Assembly: GCF_006345805.1 (NCBI RefSeq)
Contig: NC_043014.1
Location: forward strand, 8,246,001 to 8,310,000
Length of the DNA: 64,000 bases
Source of the DNA: Octopus sinensis
Taxonomy: Eukaryota
Direction of reading: 5' to 3'
A model generated the notes under the pieces. The model was given only the letters and a program-made list of their open reading frames with translations, searched no databases and was not told where the DNA came from. This document shows, in pieces, positions 62,903 to 64,000 of this stretch; positions within the stretch are counted from its first letter, which is position 1; every line of letters begins with the position of its first letter. The position numbers and the translations under genes were made by a program.

Positions 62903-64000
62903 ATAGATATTATATACATACATAAATACAATTATATATACACATGCGCACACACACATACATATATACATGCTCATATATAATTATATATATATATGTG
63001 CGTGAATATATATGTATATATACATATATAAACATGTATATATGTATGTACATATATTTAAAAGTCATGGAATTAGTGAATGTATTTACTTTTGGATTTT
63101 TCTTTGTAGGGTGACGCCAAAAGTCTTTCAGGAGAATCCAATAATTTTGAATAAATGTTTATTTATAATATTCTTGCTCTCCCTAATCTAATAAGGGACA
63201 ATTGTAAATATGTGTGCTTCAAAGGATTCAAAAAAATTTAATTTAAATAAACATTTTTTTTTTAACAAAAAAATTGATGTTTTTGAAATATTTGCTTTAT
63301 TTTACTCTCAGACAATTTATTTTCTTTTTTCTTCCTTGTTTCATATCTTCCATTGTAGGGGACACCACAGAGTAAGAGGGGACTACTGACAAATCGTGCT
63401 CATAACTTAAATTACAACCCTAATTAAAAACTGCACTGTTAATTTTAAGTCATTGGTTCTGTATGCTGAATGTCATTGCAATTGTGATAGTGACGTCCTT
63501 CGGTCAAGAATGACCATGGAATTGCACCTAGAAAGTTACCCTCCGAGGTACAAGTCTGGGCAAGGTTGCTGATGGAAGACCTGCAGTTGCCAATGCATAC
63601 CAGCCTCCCCTCTCCGTGCCACTGATGTTAACCAACGGAAAGGCAAAGGCCGATACAGGATGGCACGATTGACATCGCAGCTCATTTAACGTGCAAGTGG
63701 CTGAGCACTCCACAGACACGTGTACACTTAACGTAGTTCTCAAGGAGATTCAGCGTGACACAGAGTGTGACAAGGCTGGCCCTTTGAAATACAGGTACAA
63801 CAGAAACAGGAAGAAAGAGTGAGAGAAAGTTGTGGTGAAAGAGTACAGCAGGGTTAATCACCTACCCCTGCCAGAACCTCGTGGAGCTTTAGGTGGTTTC
63901 ACTCAATAAACACTCACAATGCCCGGTCTGGGAATCAAAACCGCGATCCTACGACCGCAAGTCCGCTGCCCTAACTACTGGATGTCATACTGCTGATGTA

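Overview
AT-rich, repeat-saturated eukaryotic DNA, inferred to be coleoid cephalopod (Octopus-like) from its tRNA-derived SINE families, (TA)n/(TACA)n load and giant C2H2 ORF. Two protein-coding genes are supported, both on +. The first is the last two coding exons of prefoldin subunit 2 (PFDN2; 3233-3356 and 4916-5077), which the ORF track misses; its 5' exons were not found here. The second is a 10.3-kb uninterrupted ORF (46402-56691, 3429 aa) encoding a zinc-finger protein with eight dispersed 51-aa C2H2+C2HC finger pairs plus orphan and short-knuckle CC fingers. The rest is mostly SINEs (five families, named A-E here), CR1- and RTE-type LINE fragments, a Tigger/pogo transposase relic, nested MITEs, Helentron-type elements and microsatellites. 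Almost all short ORFs in the track are repeat artefacts. Best leads: (1) short (TA)n-embedded cassettes at 16.9-19.5 kb carrying minimal type I hammerhead ribozymes, one fully canonical; (2) the zinc-finger protein repeats essentially one DNA-recognition code in seven modules; (3) SINE family B appears to target GGTA(TT), a motif it contains, and so builds tandem arrays. Repeat boundaries are read by eye and are approximate unless termini or TSDs are quoted.
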